Source: Malacoraja senta
Taxonomy: Eukaryota
Assembly: GCA_038087875.1 (NCBI GenBank)
Contig: CM075978.1
Location: forward strand, 174,964,001-175,028,000
Direction: 5' to 3'
Length of the DNA stretch: 64,000 nucleotides
Position numbers and translations under genes: made by a program
Shown: positions 62,661 to 64,000 of the stretch, one piece after another
How positions within the stretch are numbered: the stretch's first letter is position 1
Layout of the letters: each line of letters opens with the position of its first letter
Notes under the pieces: generated by a model
What the model was told of the DNA's origin: nothing
The model's database searches: none
The model's input: the letters and a program-made list of their open reading frames with translations, nothing else

Positions 62661-64000
62661 ATCATCAAACAGTCTGATAACCCTGGACGTTGCCATTTCC
62701 TTCCTCCCTTAAATGAACACGTTGGCCATCAACTATCAGTGTTTCATATGTACAGGATTCAGCCCTGTAGGCCTAACCGTAAATACAGTTTCAATTTGAC
62801 ATGTCATATATTACGATAAATTTGCCACCTTCCCTATTCACCATCTTAATTTCCAGGCGATTGTAATCCTGATCCATGACTAACCTGAAACCTAAGTAAT
62901 GGACGGTATCGAAAATGTTATCGCCAACCACTGGACCGTATAATTACCTTAAATTGCCCTAAGATTCTGCGCAGCATCGTCACAGTTGGATTACGTGCAT
63001 TCTAGCTCAGAATGTCTTTCTGGGCACAATTTGTCTTTAACACTAAACATTTTCGAAATAATATTGCCCTACTTGAAATCTCCAACTGCTAACATAGTAT
63101 TAATCTTAAATCATTCCGATTTGCCTACATCTGTGACGCAAACACCCGATAACACGTTTGATAGTAGGACTAATACATTTACAGTTTATCATCAAAGTGA
63201 TTGTTATTCTATAGAGCATAGACCATAGAATAGTACAGCACGGGAACGGGCCCATCGGGCCGCAATATTTGTGCTAAAGATGCCGTCAAACCGAAAAATT
63301 CTCCCTGTACATGGCTCATATTCCTCTATTGCCTGTTCTTCCATGTACCTCCAACACCACCAAAGCACTTCAGATCTCCCTTAAGATCTCAATTTTCAAC
63401 TATATATTTAGCCAAGTATTCTCCTGATCTATCCTCCCATTCCTATATTCATTCACAAGTGGTACTGGAAGAACTCTCCATTAAACAACATTCAGGGGTC
63501 TTGCTCCTTAAAATTTCTAAAGTCCAAAGTCAATGCACAACCACACTTCCCCATTGTGCTACTACTTTGGCCATTGGGCACCAAACGTCTTTTTTTCGAA
63601 AGCGATCAATATTGGTCACACGATGCAACAAGCTATCCATAGCTTCGAAAGCACCGTGGATGCTGCACAGCGAATCCATCCTAAATACCAGATGCGCAAG
63701 AACGTAAGTCAGAAGCTGATGTTTAATGCATTTCCTGAAGGAATGGCCGCGAGCGACATTAGACTTGTTGCTGGTCTCCCACAAAGGGCAGGATAAACAT
63801 TGCACGTGCCCACTTCTCCTGATACGTATTGTACTTAAATTTACTTAACACTCCAAATGGAACAACCAAGTCGGTTAAGGGCTTTATCTGCTCCAACTAC
63901 AATTTAGTACAATCGGAAATCCACGCAGTTAACTTTAGGGCTTAATTAGGAAAGGGAAAATAGATTATGAAAAAAACCTGGCAGGGAACATAAAAACTGA

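Overview
Eukaryotic, repeat-dense genomic DNA. The repeat families (HE1/V-SINE, CR1, Penelope terminal repeats) point to an elasmobranch, probably a skate or ray; this is inference. The only host genes I can support are two divergent paralogous immunoglobulin-superfamily receptors arranged tail-to-tail, which the ORF track shows only as fragments. Gene A (+ strand, 7 coding exons, 11906-29151, 341 aa predicted) encodes leader-V(J-like)-C1-TM and a tail with four tyrosine motifs (PTYADL, ITYGQV, LTYATL, TVYAGI). It is SIRP-like in architecture and has a CRE + ISRE-like promoter. Gene B (- strand) has its TM exon and three cytoplasmic exons at 61237-54289; its ectodomain exons lie beyond the window. 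Its exon phases match gene A. Between the genes lie a 5'-truncated L1 with an open ORF2, a 3.6-kb tandem duplication hiding a decayed endogenous-retrovirus env gene, and tandem Helitrons. An intron of gene B holds a TIR element containing an orphan signal-peptide-like exon next to an assembly gap. The remainder is nested CR1, Rex1/Babar, HERO, Penelope, SINE and MITE-like sequence. All gene models were spliced by hand, repeat boundaries are approximate, and no database search was run.
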